In this document: piece after piece, positions 1 to 9,135 of the stretch
Position numbering within the stretch: the stretch's first letter is position 1
Layout of the letters: each line of letters opens with the position of its first letter
NCBI GenBank assembly: GCA_900554855.1
Contig: USIZ01000001.1
Span: 1 to 38,764 of the forward strand
DNA: 38,764 nucleotides
Origin: an uncultured Eubacteriales bacterium
Lineage (GTDB): Bacteria; Bacillota; Clostridia; Oscillospirales; Oscillospiraceae
Reading direction: 5' to 3'
Translations under genes and position numbers: made by a program
The notes under the pieces: model-generated
What the model was told of the DNA's origin: nothing
What the model saw: the letters and a program-made list of their open reading frames with translations, nothing else
Database searches by the model: none

Positions 1-1
1 T

Positions 2-397
2 GGGGAGTATGTCTGCAGCAAGGTGGACTGGATTACTCGAATCGGTTTTTCCGGCTCCCCCGTCCCGTCAAGGTACAGCATTTGCAGCCACAGCAATATG
101 AATGTCTTACCCATCAACGATTTGCTCTATGCAGCCCGCCTGACATATCCGGAGCTGGCGGACTATCTTGCTGGCGGCGAGGGCTACGGCTGGCATATCT
201 CCGACCTGCGTATTTACGACGCACCGAAAAAGCTGGGGGAGTTTTGGCGAGACTGTCTGGAATACTCGGAGCTTAGCACAAACTGTTGGTCTTGCGAAAA
301 TGTTTGCGGAGATGGCGACGAAACGGACTGCAACACGGACGGGCGGCTATATCTTCACCGCCCGCCCCAAAGCTGGTGCTATGTGGAGGAGGGCTGA
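2..397 (+). CDS. ASCH domain protein, C-terminal part (continues from 38514-38735 across the circular junction)
   Basis: Open frame from nt 2 (GEYVCSKVDW...) matches the end-of-window ORF (..VIGEYVCNK). Stop TGA at 395-397. Confidence 0.75.
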   Translation, partial: GEYVCSKVDWITRIGFSGSPVPSRYSICSHSNMNVLPINDLLYAARLTYPELADYLAGGEGYGWHISDLRIYDAPKKLGEFWRDCLEYSELSTNCWSCENVCGDGDETDCNTDGRLYLHRPPQSWCYVEEG

Positions 398-399
398 CG

Positions 400-675
400 A
401 TGGCTGAGTACATTGGACGGGACGCGGCGATTAAGGCCGCAAAGCACGCGTGGGCAAAAGGGCTTGAGCCGTCGCAGTATATTGAGATCCTGCCCGTCGC
501 CGACGTGGCCCCGGTGGTGCATGGGCGGTGGATCTCATTCTTGGACGGTGACCACATCATGCCGGAACGATACTACCGATGCTCACGTTGCGGTAGAGTA
601 GAGAGTAGACGACAGCCGTATTGCCATTGCGGGGCCAAGATGGACGGCGAGAGAAAGGACGGCGGGGATGGCTGA
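400..675 (+). CDS. Hypothetical phage protein with C-terminal CxxC...CxC zinc-ribbon
   Basis: ATG at 400, 3 nt after the upstream stop. RCSRCG...CHCG motif. The upstream extension to 286 overlaps the ASCH gene. Confidence 0.6.
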   Translation: MAEYIGRDAAIKAAKHAWAKGLEPSQYIEILPVADVAPVVHGRWISFLDGDHIMPERYYRCSRCGRVESRRQPYCHCGAKMDGERKDGGDG

Positions 676-1372
676 TCCGTTTGTATGCGTCCGCCAGCGG
701 GCGGGACCGTTGGTGAAGGCGCTGGTGACGGACAACTACGGATATCTCCGTCGCTACGGGCCGGATGCGGTGCGGGGCCGGTGCGGGCCGGCCCTCAGCC
801 GCACCAGCCTGGACAAGCTGGAACTGCGGCTGGCGCTCTTTGCCTATGACGGCATTTTTTACAGCCTCAACTTTGACAATGCCCATCTTCCGGCTAACTG
901 GGCCGGTGTAGAGCGCGTGTGGGATGCCTTCCTCAAGCGGCTCCGGAGATGGAGCCGCAAGCCTGTAGAGTTCTACGTTTATCGGATGGAGGGCTTACAC
1001 GGCGACCACCGTTACCACATCCACGCATTTTTGCGTGACCAAGATTTCCCACCTGCCGTAGTGCAATACCTCTGGACCTGGGGCAGCGCCTACGATGTGC
1101 GCTGGGACCGGGCGCGGGTGCTGTCAGAGGGCGGCTACCGGGGGCTGGCAATCTATTTTACGAAAGAGGTCCCGGAGGTGGGACGCCACCCGTGGGGCTG
1201 CTCCAGGGCGCTGAGTAAGTACATCCCGCCTCCGGAGGTGACAACCTGCAAGAGCGGCATGGTGCGGCTGCCCAAGGGGGCCACACCGCTGCCCATGCAG
1301 GGCCGGGACCGGCCGCAGCTGGGAGATTGGGGGCTGTATGGGTATAGCCGCTATTTGATGCCGGAGAAATAG
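668..1372 (+). CDS. Rolling-circle replication-associated HUH-superfamily Rep-like protein
   Basis: Three RCR motifs in canonical order: FYSLNF (motif I), RYHIHAFL (HUH) and AIYFTKE (YxxK). ATG overlaps the upstream stop. Confidence 0.65.
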   Translation: MADPFVCVRQRAGPLVKALVTDNYGYLRRYGPDAVRGRCGPALSRTSLDKLELRLALFAYDGIFYSLNFDNAHLPANWAGVERVWDAFLKRLRRWSRKPVEFYVYRMEGLHGDHRYHIHAFLRDQDFPPAVVQYLWTWGSAYDVRWDRARVLSEGGYRGLAIYFTKEVPEVGRHPWGCSRALSKYIPPPEVTTCKSGMVRLPKGATPLPMQGRDRPQLGDWGLYGYSRYLMPEK

Positions 1373-1479
1373 TGCTTTTATTTTAATAACAAGGTTTAGT
1401 CTGTACTACTATAGATAGCGTATCCTCTTGAAACCTACGGAATATCTACGGACAACCGCAAGAAAGTGAGGGAAAAGCC

Positions 1480-1680
1480 TTGCAAACGATGAGAAAAGGT
1501 GATAAACTTGCCATAAAGGATGGATATGCAGTTTGCCCGGTCTGCCGACACAAGACCAGTCAGGCAATCAGACCGGACACCGTGGCGGATAATCTCCAGC
1601 TCTGGTGCCGAAACTGCAAAGCAATCCATCTCGTGAAAATTGACCGTGGCCAGTGCTCGATGATTAGCCGGTGCCGATGA
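1480..1680 (+). CDS. Cysteine-rich KTR-type small zinc-ribbon protein
   Basis: CPVCRHKT...CRNCK pattern. TTG at 1480 lies 6 nt after GAGGGA; ATG at 1489 is an alternative start. Confidence 0.6.
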   Translation: MQTMRKGDKLAIKDGYAVCPVCRHKTSQAIRPDTVADNLQLWCRNCKAIHLVKIDRGQCSMISRCR

Positions 1681-1818
1681 TCCCCAGCGTTGGGGGCGTC
1701 GGTACCGGTTTTTGTTTTGCATTGTTTTTTGGCCTGTGCTCTTGTAGCCGGTGCTAATGCTCCGCCGTTGCGGCGGGTATTGGCATCGGCTTTTGTTTTT
1801 GCCCGGAGGTGATAGCCC

Positions 1819-2190
1819 GTGGAACAGATGGCCGGTGCCGGTATCTCCGGCGCAAGACTTCAGGAGCTGGTCTCACTGCTGGCGGCGGGCCATGAGTATA
1901 AATTTTATTCTTGGCCTGAGTGGCGGGCGCTGCGGCTGGAAGTCCTCCGGCTGGATCGGTACGAGTGCCAGCACTGCAAGGCGGCGGGGCGCTACCGCAA
2001 GGGGTACATCGTGCATCACGTCAAGCACCTTCGGCAGCGGCCTGACCTGGCTTTGAGCGTGGTTGATCCGGATACGGGCCAACGTCAGCTTGAGACGCTG
2101 TGCAAGCAATGCCACGAGCTGGAGCACCCAGAGAGCCAGCGGCAATTTCAGCCGAAGGCCTTGCCAATCACCGCTGAGCGATGGGATTAA
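1819..2190 (+). CDS. HNH endonuclease (packaging-associated)
   Basis: CQHC...HHVKH...CKQCHELEH motif. GGAGGTG SD 7 nt upstream of the GTG start. Position upstream of the terminase genes. Confidence 0.85.
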   Translation: MEQMAGAGISGARLQELVSLLAAGHEYKFYSWPEWRALRLEVLRLDRYECQHCKAAGRYRKGYIVHHVKHLRQRPDLALSVVDPDTGQRQLETLCKQCHELEHPESQRQFQPKALPITAERWD

Positions 2191-2314
2191 CCCCCCATCG
2201 AGAAAAACGGCTTTACCCCGTTTGCTGCTAATCGGGTGGGTCCAGGACAAAAGAGGGGCCGACGGGCGTGCGCGGCGCCGTGACGCGCAGGCGGCGCGGG
2301 CGCGGAAATGATTC

Positions 2315-2448
2315 TGCCGGTTTCAAGGGCACAGAAGCAGTGGATGGACCGATTTGGAGACATGCTGCCGGGTGCAAGGGCACAGAAGGGGTGAATGGCC
2401 CGATTGGGACGCATGCTGCCGGTTTCAAGGGCACAGAAGCAGATTTGG
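2315..2448. repeat. 51-bp tandem repeat, about 2.6 copies
   Basis: Units start at 2315, 2366 and 2417 (TGCCGGKTKCAAGGGCACAGAAG...). Copies 1 and 3 are identical over their first 26 nt. Confidence 0.9.
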
Positions 2449-2516
2449 TTACGGAAAGCGTCCAGCTGGGCCAGCAATATCTGGCAGAGCCCTGCGGAGT
2501 CTTGAGAAAGCCAGCC

Positions 2517-2609
2517 CTGATTTTGGCTGAGAAGGCTACCGCCGGTCTTTGATCCCCTTAATCTGCTAAACCCGACTTGCAGGGCGAAAACAAAGCTGAT
2601 TTTGGCTGA
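2517..2609. repeat. Two copies of the 14-nt direct repeat CTGATTTTGGCTGA
   Basis: Exact copies at 2517-2530 and 2596-2609, in the non-coding region upstream of terS. Confidence 0.85.
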
Positions 2610-2787
2610 TGGAAAAACACGATCCGGTTTGTGACCCGGCCCCTGTGCCGGCTTCACTCTTTCTTCCCTTCCGGTCTCCGTGCCCTACCACGGAGGCCGG
2701 GTCATGAGCCGGAGCTTCCGCCCTGCCTGCGCCGAAGGCCTGCGCTGGATGCGCGGGGTATTGATGTAGACGCGGTGGGGCGGCACG

Positions 2788-2800
2788 GTCCGATTCGGAC
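2788..2800. repeat. GTCCGATTCGGAC palindrome, copy 1
   Basis: Exact 13-mer in the non-coding region upstream of terS. Confidence 0.95.
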
Positions 2801-2927
2801 ACATTCCCCCGACGCACACGGCGGCGCTTGCGCCGCAGCGGGTTTGATCCTCCTGTCGGCGGCTCTGGCTGCCATGCGAGAGCCGCCGTGTGCGCCGGAT
2901 GGAAAGAAGCGGGAAAGGAGGAGCCTT

Positions 2928-3263
2928 ATGGAGCAGACAAAGGACTGGAGAAAAACCAAACAGTACCGGGAACTGAAAAAGTCCATGCTGGACAATCTGG
3001 AAGCCAGAGGCATTTTGGAAAAAGCGTACACCGACAAGGTGGACGAGTATCTGGACTTCTGGGTACGGCGGCAGGAATTGCAGACGGATGTGGCTGAGCG
3101 CGGTCTTTCCGTAATGGATGACCGGGGCCGCATTACGGAAAATCGCAGCGTGTCTTTGGAAATTCAGGTTGCCCGGCAAATGCTGGCCGTATGGACGGCA
3201 CTTGGCTTTAAGGACGCCGCCGCAAAATCGGACGTGCCGGGAGGCATGGACGATGAACTGTAA
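2928..3263 (+). CDS. terS: Terminase small subunit (P27-like)
   Basis: GGAAAGGAGGAG SD then ATG at 2928. Typical about 110-aa TerS sequence (MEQTKDWRKTKQYRELKKSMLDNLE...). Overlaps the terL start. Confidence 0.85.
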   Translation: MEQTKDWRKTKQYRELKKSMLDNLEARGILEKAYTDKVDEYLDFWVRRQELQTDVAERGLSVMDDRGRITENRSVSLEIQVARQMLAVWTALGFKDAAAKSDVPGGMDDEL

Positions 3264-4923
3264 GCTGCCGCCGGAGGTCCAGGCGTATCTGGAGGCGGTG
3301 GAGGCGGACAAGCCCCGGGCCTGCCCAGAGCAGCACGCCCTGGCGGCGCATATCCGGCGGTGCTTTGAGACAGAAGATCTGCTGGTAGATACAGAGCAGC
3401 TTCGGCGGTATTTGAGTTTGTCCCGCTATTTCCCGTATAAAGATCTTTTCCTGTGGGAGCAATTCCTGACGGCGCTTTGGATGTGCACCTACACTTCTGA
3501 CGGACGGCCCCGGTGGAAGACCCTGTTTTCCATGGTTGGCCGTGGCGCGGGAAAGGACGGCTTTATCGCATTTATCTCCATGTGCGCCACCTCTCCCTAC
3601 AACCCGGTTGGCAGCTACAACGTAGATATCTGCGCCAATAACGAGGAACAGGCCATGACGCCGGTGTTGGATCTGGTGAACACGCTGGAGCTACCCAAGA
3701 ACGAAGCGAAGCTGAAGCGGTTTTACTACCACACAAAGGAGCTGGTGCAGGGCCGAAAAAACCGGGGCGTGGTCAAGGGCCGCACCAACAACCCCAAGGG
3801 ACGGGACGGTATGCGCTCCGGCATGGTGATCTTTAACGAGGTCCACCAGTTTGAAAACTACAACAACATCAAGGTGTTTATTACCGGTCAGGGCAAGGTA
3901 GCTCAGCCCCGCGTGGGGATCTTTACCTCCAACGGCGAAGTCAATGACGGGCCTTTGGATGACTATCTGGCCAGAGGACGGCGGATCTTATTTGAAAACG
4001 AGCCGGACAACGGCTTTCTTCCCTTCATCTGCTGCGTGGAGACCCGGGAGCAGGTCCATGATCCGGAAAACTGGTACATGGCAAATCCATCCCTGTTTTA
4101 TCTGCCGGATCTATTTCAAGAAACGGCGGACGAATACCGGGACTGGGTGGAGCACCCGGAGCAAAACGGCGATTTTCTGACAAAGCGAATGGGCTTGCGG
4201 GCCGGATTTCAGGAGATCAGCGTGACAGACTATGAAAAGATCCTCAAGACCAATAAGCCACAGCCTGATCTGCGTGGCTGGACTTGCACGGTAGGGCTGG
4301 ACTATGCGGAGCTGAGCGACTGGGCGGCAGTCAACCTCCACTTCCGGCGAGGCGCAGACCGGTTTGACATCAACCACGCATGGATTTGCCTGCAATCCAA
4401 AACCCTGCCGCGGATCAAGGCTCCGTGGCAGACGTGGGCAAAGGAAGGACACCTGACGGCGGTGGATGATGTGAGCATCAGCCCTGATCTGATCGCGGCA
4501 TACATCCAGGACGCTGCCAGATGCTACAACATCAAGGCGCTGGCAATGGACCACTACCGGTGGACGCTGGTTTCCGAAAGTATGCGCGCCATCGGCTTTG
4601 ACGCGGCGGACAAGAACCGGGTAAAGCTGGTGCGGCCATCAGACATCATGCAGGTGGAGCCGGTGATCCAGGAATGCTTTGACCGGGAGCTGTTTTACTG
4701 GGGCGACCAGCCGCACCTTCGATGGGGCGTGAATAATACCAAGAGGGTCCGCAGCTCACGGAAGCAGGGTGTCGATACCGGAAACTTTATCTACGCCAAA
4801 ATTGAAGCGAAAAGCCGCAAGACAGACCCCTTTATGGCACTGGTGGCCAGCATGACGATCGAACCGCTGCTGGGCACCGGCGCTCCGCTGGCGGCCCCGC
4901 CGATAGGGGCCATCAGACTATAA
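3253..4923 (+). CDS. terL: Terminase large subunit
   Basis: Walker A-like GRGAGKDG. Size and position fit. ATG at 3253 overlaps the terS stop. Confidence 0.9.
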   Translation: MNCKLPPEVQAYLEAVEADKPRACPEQHALAAHIRRCFETEDLLVDTEQLRRYLSLSRYFPYKDLFLWEQFLTALWMCTYTSDGRPRWKTLFSMVGRGAGKDGFIAFISMCATSPYNPVGSYNVDICANNEEQAMTPVLDLVNTLELPKNEAKLKRFYYHTKELVQGRKNRGVVKGRTNNPKGRDGMRSGMVIFNEVHQFENYNNIKVFITGQGKVAQPRVGIFTSNGEVNDGPLDDYLARGRRILFENEPDNGFLPFICCVETREQVHDPENWYMANPSLFYLPDLFQETADEYRDWVEHPEQNGDFLTKRMGLRAGFQEISVTDYEKILKTNKPQPDLRGWTCTVGLDYAELSDWAAVNLHFRRGADRFDINHAWICLQSKTLPRIKAPWQTWAKEGHLTAVDDVSISPDLIAAYIQDAARCYNIKALAMDHYRWTLVSESMRAIGFDAADKNRVKLVRPSDIMQVEPVIQECFDRELFYWGDQPHLRWGVNNTKRVRSSRKQGVDTGNFIYAKIEAKSRKTDPFMALVASMTIEPLLGTGAPLAAPPIGAIRL

Positions 4924-4925
4924 CG

Positions 4926-4938
4926 GTCCGAATCGGAC
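4926..4938. repeat. GTCCGAATCGGAC palindrome, copy 2
   Basis: Between terL and portal, directly 5' of the portal SD. Extends to a 17-nt palindrome. Confidence 0.95.
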
Positions 4939-4955
4939 CGGAGAAAGGCTGAACT

Positions 4956-6152
4956 ATGGGATTGAGATTTTTTGAATGGCTGGCGGGAAAGGGCGGGCGA
5001 ACCGCCACAGCGGAGGTCTCCTGTCAGGAGCTATTGGCAGCGGCCGAAGACTTCCAGGCGCGGCAGCTTTCCTTCTGGACCTGCGTGAACATGGTGGCCA
5101 ACGCCGTGGGCCGCTGCGAGGTAAAGACCTTCCGGGGGCGGGAGGAGATCCAGGAGCAGGAGTATTACCTATGGAATGTGGAGCCCAACGTGAACCAGAA
5201 CAGCTCCGCCTTTTGGCACAAGCTGATCGCCAAACTGTTTTTGGACAATGAAGCGCTGGTGATCTCCAGTAAGCGGCGGGACGGCATGGACGCGGTGATG
5301 GTGGCGGACAGCTGGCAGCAGAGCACCTTCTGGCCGATGCGGATGAATGAGTACATTAACGTGACGGTGGGCGACACCGCCTATGAAAAAACCTTCCGGG
5401 AAAACGAGGTACTGCATTTAAAGCTCCACCACAACGCCATGCGCCCGGTGGTGGACGGTCTGTGCCAGTCCTACATGCGGCTGGTGGCAGCGGCTATGAG
5501 CCGCTATCAGTGGGAGCGTGGGCAGCACTGGAAGGTCCATGTTAATCAGATCGCATCGGGCACGCAGAATTTTGAGCAAAATTTTGCCAAGATCATCGAG
5601 CAGCAGATCAAACCGTTTTTTGGCAGCGGCGCGGCGGTGCTCCCGGAGTTTGACGGCTACGACTATCAGCAGGTCAATAAATCTGGCGATGGCAAGGTGG
5701 GCGACAGCCGGGACGTGCGGAACCTGATCGAGGACATTTTCGATTTTACCGCCCGGGGCTTTCTGATCCCCGCTGTGCTGGTGAACGGCACCGTTCAGGG
5801 CACAGCGGACGCCAACAGCCGTTTTCTGACCCAGTGTATTGACCCCATCTGCGATCAGCTCCAAGAGGAAATCACCCGAAAGCGGTATGGCTTTGACGGT
5901 TGGAAGCAGGGCAACTTTGTCCGGGTCGATTCCTCTGCTATCCTCCACTTTGACATGTTTGCCAACGCTGCCAACGTGGAAAAGCTGGTGGGCAGCGGCG
6001 CCTTCTCGGTCAACGATGTGCTGCGGGCGGCCAACCAGGCCACCATCAACGAGCCGTGGGCCGATGAACACTTTTTGACCCTGAACATTGCGCGGATCCA
6101 AGAAGCCGCGCAGCAGATGAATGCACAGAAAGGAGACAGCGGGAATGAGTAA
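4956..6152 (+). CDS. Portal protein (HK97 family-like)
   Basis: 398 aa, directly after terL, with SD GAGAAAGG. Confidence 0.85.
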   Translation: MGLRFFEWLAGKGGRTATAEVSCQELLAAAEDFQARQLSFWTCVNMVANAVGRCEVKTFRGREEIQEQEYYLWNVEPNVNQNSSAFWHKLIAKLFLDNEALVISSKRRDGMDAVMVADSWQQSTFWPMRMNEYINVTVGDTAYEKTFRENEVLHLKLHHNAMRPVVDGLCQSYMRLVAAAMSRYQWERGQHWKVHVNQIASGTQNFEQNFAKIIEQQIKPFFGSGAAVLPEFDGYDYQQVNKSGDGKVGDSRDVRNLIEDIFDFTARGFLIPAVLVNGTVQGTADANSRFLTQCIDPICDQLQEEITRKRYGFDGWKQGNFVRVDSSAILHFDMFANAANVEKLVGSGAFSVNDVLRAANQATINEPWADEHFLTLNIARIQEAAQQMNAQKGDSGNE

Positions 6153-6951
6153 TCCCAAGCAGAAGGACCGGAGAATGTGGGCGCTGAAGCAGCGGGCGGA
6201 GGACGCCAAGACACTGGAGCTTTACATCTACGGAGATGTGGAGGGCGACAGCTATGACTGGTGGACCGACGAGACGATCCAGAGCGAGACCAGCGCCAAC
6301 GCCTTCCGGGACGCTCTGGCGGAGCATCCGGAGGCGACGGAGATCGCCGTTTACATCAACAGCTACGGCGGCAGTGTATTTGAGGGCACGGCCATCTACA
6401 ACCAGCTCAAGCGGCACAGCGCCCACAAGACGGTGTATGTGGACGGCTTTGCTTGTTCCATCGCCTCGGTCATCGCAATGGCCGGCGACACGGTGGTGAT
6501 GCCGCGCAACGCACTCATGATGATCCACAACATGAGCATGGGTATTTACGGAAACGCAGCTGAGCTGCGAAAGGCCGCAGACAATCTGGACACCATCAAT
6601 CAGGCGGGGATGGAAGCCTATCTCCAAAAGGCCGGTGACAAGCTGGACCCGGATACCCTGAAGGAAATGTATGACGCGGAGACCTGGTTGACGGCGGAGC
6701 AGTGCATGGAGCTGGGATTGGCCGACCGCTACGCGGAAAAGGACGCGGACATGACCCAGGCTGCGGCTCTGCTGCAAAAGGCCAACCTGACCTTGGAGCA
6801 GCGGATCACCGTGCAGAAAAGCCTTGCCGCTCAGCTTCGGCAGTTGGCGGCGGACACTGGTCCTAAACCGCCTTGCCCCCCTGATCCGAAAGGCCCGGAG
6901 CCTCAGCCCGAACCCCAGCAGAAAAACCGTATTATGAGCCTGTTTGGCTAA
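6145..6951 (+). CDS. ClpP/S14-like head maturation protease
   Basis: INSYGGSVFEG and GFACSIASVIAMAGD motifs. ATG at 6145 follows AAAGGAGA and overlaps the portal stop. Confidence 0.85.
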   Translation: MSNPKQKDRRMWALKQRAEDAKTLELYIYGDVEGDSYDWWTDETIQSETSANAFRDALAEHPEATEIAVYINSYGGSVFEGTAIYNQLKRHSAHKTVYVDGFACSIASVIAMAGDTVVMPRNALMMIHNMSMGIYGNAAELRKAADNLDTINQAGMEAYLQKAGDKLDPDTLKEMYDAETWLTAEQCMELGLADRYAEKDADMTQAAALLQKANLTLEQRITVQKSLAAQLRQLAADTGPKPPCPPDPKGPEPQPEPQQKNRIMSLFG

Positions 6952-6969
6952 AAATGAAAGGAGAACACT

Positions 6970-8445
6970 ATGCAGAACAATGACATCCGGAGCCGCGAGG
7001 AGCTCCGCACCCTCATCCAGAAGGCAGTTGCCGACAATGACCCTGCCGGCTTCCAGGCAGCCTTTGACGAAATGCTCCAGCGTGTGGGCCTGGACGTGAA
7101 GCAGGAGTATGAGCAGCAGCTTGCCGACCTTCGCCAGGAAATGGACAGCCGTATCCTGACGGCCCGGGGCGTCCACCAGCTTACCGGCGAGGAGCACGCC
7201 TACTACCAGAAGCTGGGCGAGGCCATGAAGGCCATTGATCCCCGGCAGGCCGTGACCGGCATGGACGCTGTGCTCCCTAAGACGGTGATCGACTCCGTTT
7301 TTGAGGATCTCCAAACCAATCACCCCCTGCTGAGCCGCATCAACTTCCGGGCCACCGGCGGCGCCGTGGAGATCATGGTGAACACCAACGGCCATGAGGA
7401 GGCGGCGTGGGGCGATCTCTGCGACGACATCGTCAAGGAGCTGACCTCCGGCTTTAAGAAGATTCCCGCCCAGCTGCTGAAGCTCTCCGCTTTCCTGCCG
7501 GTGTGCAAGGCCATGCTGGATCTTGGCCCCGAGTGGCTGGACCGCTATGTGCGCGAGGTGCTGTACGAGGCATTCGCCAACGGCATGGAGGCGGGCATCG
7601 TGACCGGCGACGGTGACAAGAAGCCCATCGGCATGACCCGTCAGGTTGGCGACAATGTGGTGCGTTCCGGCAACGCCTATCCCGAGAAGACCCCCGTGAA
7701 GGTGCGGGATCTCAGCCCCGCCACCGTGGGCAATCTGATCTCCCTGATGGCAGCAGACCCCAACGGCAAGGCCCGCCGTGTGGAAAGCATCCTGTTGCTG
7801 GTAAACCCCCAGGACTACTACCAGACGGTGATGCCCGCCACTACGCTGATGGCCCCTGACGGCACCTACCGCAACGACGTGATGCCCTACCCCATGACCA
7901 TCATCCAGACCCCCGCGCTGAGCCGGGGCAAGGCAGTGATGGGCCTCTCCAACCGGTATCTGGCTATGGCGGGCACCGCGCCCAACGGCCGCATTGAGTA
8001 CAGCGACCACTACCATTTCCTGGAGGACGAGCGGGTATACCTTATCAAGGGTTACGCCAACGGTATGCCTCTGGACAACAACGCCTTCCTGCTGCTGGAT
8101 ATTTCCGGCCTGAAGCCCGCCACCTGGAAGGTGACTCAGGTGACGGAGACCGCACCCTCTGACGATGCCACTCTGAGCGCCCTGTCTATTGGCTCTCTGG
8201 CCCTGTCCCCCGCTTTTGCCTCCGGCACCGTGACCTATACGGCGGAGACTACCAACGCCACCAACACCGTGACCGCCGTTCCCTCTGACGCAGGCGCGGA
8301 GATCGAGGTGCTGGTGAACAACCGCAAGATCGACAACGGCAGCGCCGCCACCTGGCAGACCGGAAGCAACACGGTGAAGGTTAACGTCACCGCCGCTGAC
8401 GGCACCGCCAAGAAGACCTACACGGTCACCGTCACCAAGAGCTGA
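6970..8445 (+). CDS. Major capsid protein (HK97 fold-like) with extra C-terminal beta-sandwich domain
   Basis: Position after the protease, 491 aa, AAAGGAGAAC SD. The last 92 aa resemble a cadherin-like/Ig-like domain. Confidence 0.85.
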   Translation: MQNNDIRSREELRTLIQKAVADNDPAGFQAAFDEMLQRVGLDVKQEYEQQLADLRQEMDSRILTARGVHQLTGEEHAYYQKLGEAMKAIDPRQAVTGMDAVLPKTVIDSVFEDLQTNHPLLSRINFRATGGAVEIMVNTNGHEEAAWGDLCDDIVKELTSGFKKIPAQLLKLSAFLPVCKAMLDLGPEWLDRYVREVLYEAFANGMEAGIVTGDGDKKPIGMTRQVGDNVVRSGNAYPEKTPVKVRDLSPATVGNLISLMAADPNGKARRVESILLLVNPQDYYQTVMPATTLMAPDGTYRNDVMPYPMTIIQTPALSRGKAVMGLSNRYLAMAGTAPNGRIEYSDHYHFLEDERVYLIKGYANGMPLDNNAFLLLDISGLKPATWKVTQVTETAPSDDATLSALSIGSLALSPAFASGTVTYTAETTNATNTVTAVPSDAGAEIEVLVNNRKIDNGSAATWQTGSNTVKVNVTAADGTAKKTYTVTVTKS

Positions 8446-8771
8446 TGGCGGATCGGAACAGCCTGCCGCCCGGCCTGCTGTCCGATGTGGAGAACTACCT
8501 GAACATCACCTGGAGCGATGAGGCCACGGATACCAAGGTATCCGGGCTCATCGCCTCCGGGATCGGGTACCTGGACAAGAAGGCCGGAAGCCCGCAGGAC
8601 TATACAGCGGACGGCGACGCACGGACGCTGCTGATGGAATACGTCCGCTACGCCAGAGACAGCGCCCTGGACGTGTTTGAAAACAACTATCAATCTCTCA
8701 TTTTGAGTATGCAGAGCGAAAGGCGGGTGAGCGCGTATGCCATGGAAAGCGCCGTATCGCCCTCGCCGTGA
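8445..8771 (+). CDS. Head-tail connector (gp6-like)
   Basis: ATG overlaps the capsid stop. Size and position fit. Confidence 0.7.
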   Translation: MADRNSLPPGLLSDVENYLNITWSDEATDTKVSGLIASGIGYLDKKAGSPQDYTADGDARTLLMEYVRYARDSALDVFENNYQSLILSMQSERRVSAYAMESAVSPSP

Positions 8772-9135
8772 CAGCGAGATTACTCAGACCTATTCCGACG
8801 GACTGGTCAAGGTCTATGCCGTTGCAGATACGGCGGCGCCGGGCTACAAGCCTGTGGAGGGTTTGACATTTAAGGCCGCTTTGCGATACGAGGAGCGGCG
8901 TCTTGGCATCCAGCGGTATTACGAGGGACGGCAGAATCAGGCTCAGATCGAGCGGGTGCTGCGGGTTCCACGGGTCCCCGGCGTGAGCAGCCAGGACGTG
9001 GCTGTGACGGAGGACGGCAAGCAGTACCGCATCGATCTGATCCAGACAACAACCGACGTTTTCCCGGAAAGCATGGATCTGACGCTGCTGCGGATTGAGC
9101 AGAAATACGAGGTGCCACATGACCACCTGGTATGA
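8737..9135 (+). CDS. Head closure / head-tail adaptor protein
   Basis: Position and size fit. Overlaps its neighbours. Confidence 0.65.
   Translation: MPWKAPYRPRRDSEITQTYSDGLVKVYAVADTAAPGYKPVEGLTFKAALRYEERRLGIQRYYEGRQNQAQIERVLRVPRVPGVSSQDVAVTEDGKQYRIDLIQTTTDVFPESMDLTLLRIEQKYEVPHDHLV

Noticed and set aside
2315-2448. Possible CRISPR array
   Set aside because: There are only 2.6 directly abutting, diverged units and no unique spacers, so this is a tandem repeat and not a CRISPR array.
2268-2552. 94-aa + strand ORF spanning the 51-bp tandem repeat (repeating GFKGTEA.. peptide)
   Set aside because: It has no SD. The peptide periodicity simply mirrors the DNA repeat. The region is better explained as a packaging or regulatory site.
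2631-3263. Long N-terminal extensions offered by the ORF track for terS (2631), terL (3118), helicase (32415), fibre (15324), the HTH-TM gene (27451) and others
   Set aside because: Internal starts have proper SD spacing and overlap or abut upstream stops. The extensions are Arg/Pro/Gly-rich and overlap upstream genes or non-coding regulatory DNA.
6046-8016. 656-aa ORF on the minus strand, opposite the protease and capsid genes
   Set aside because: This is a typical high-GC shadow ORF. Its composition is Gly/Ala/His/Val/Leu-rich and low in complexity. It has no SD and lies fully antisense to two well-supported structural genes.
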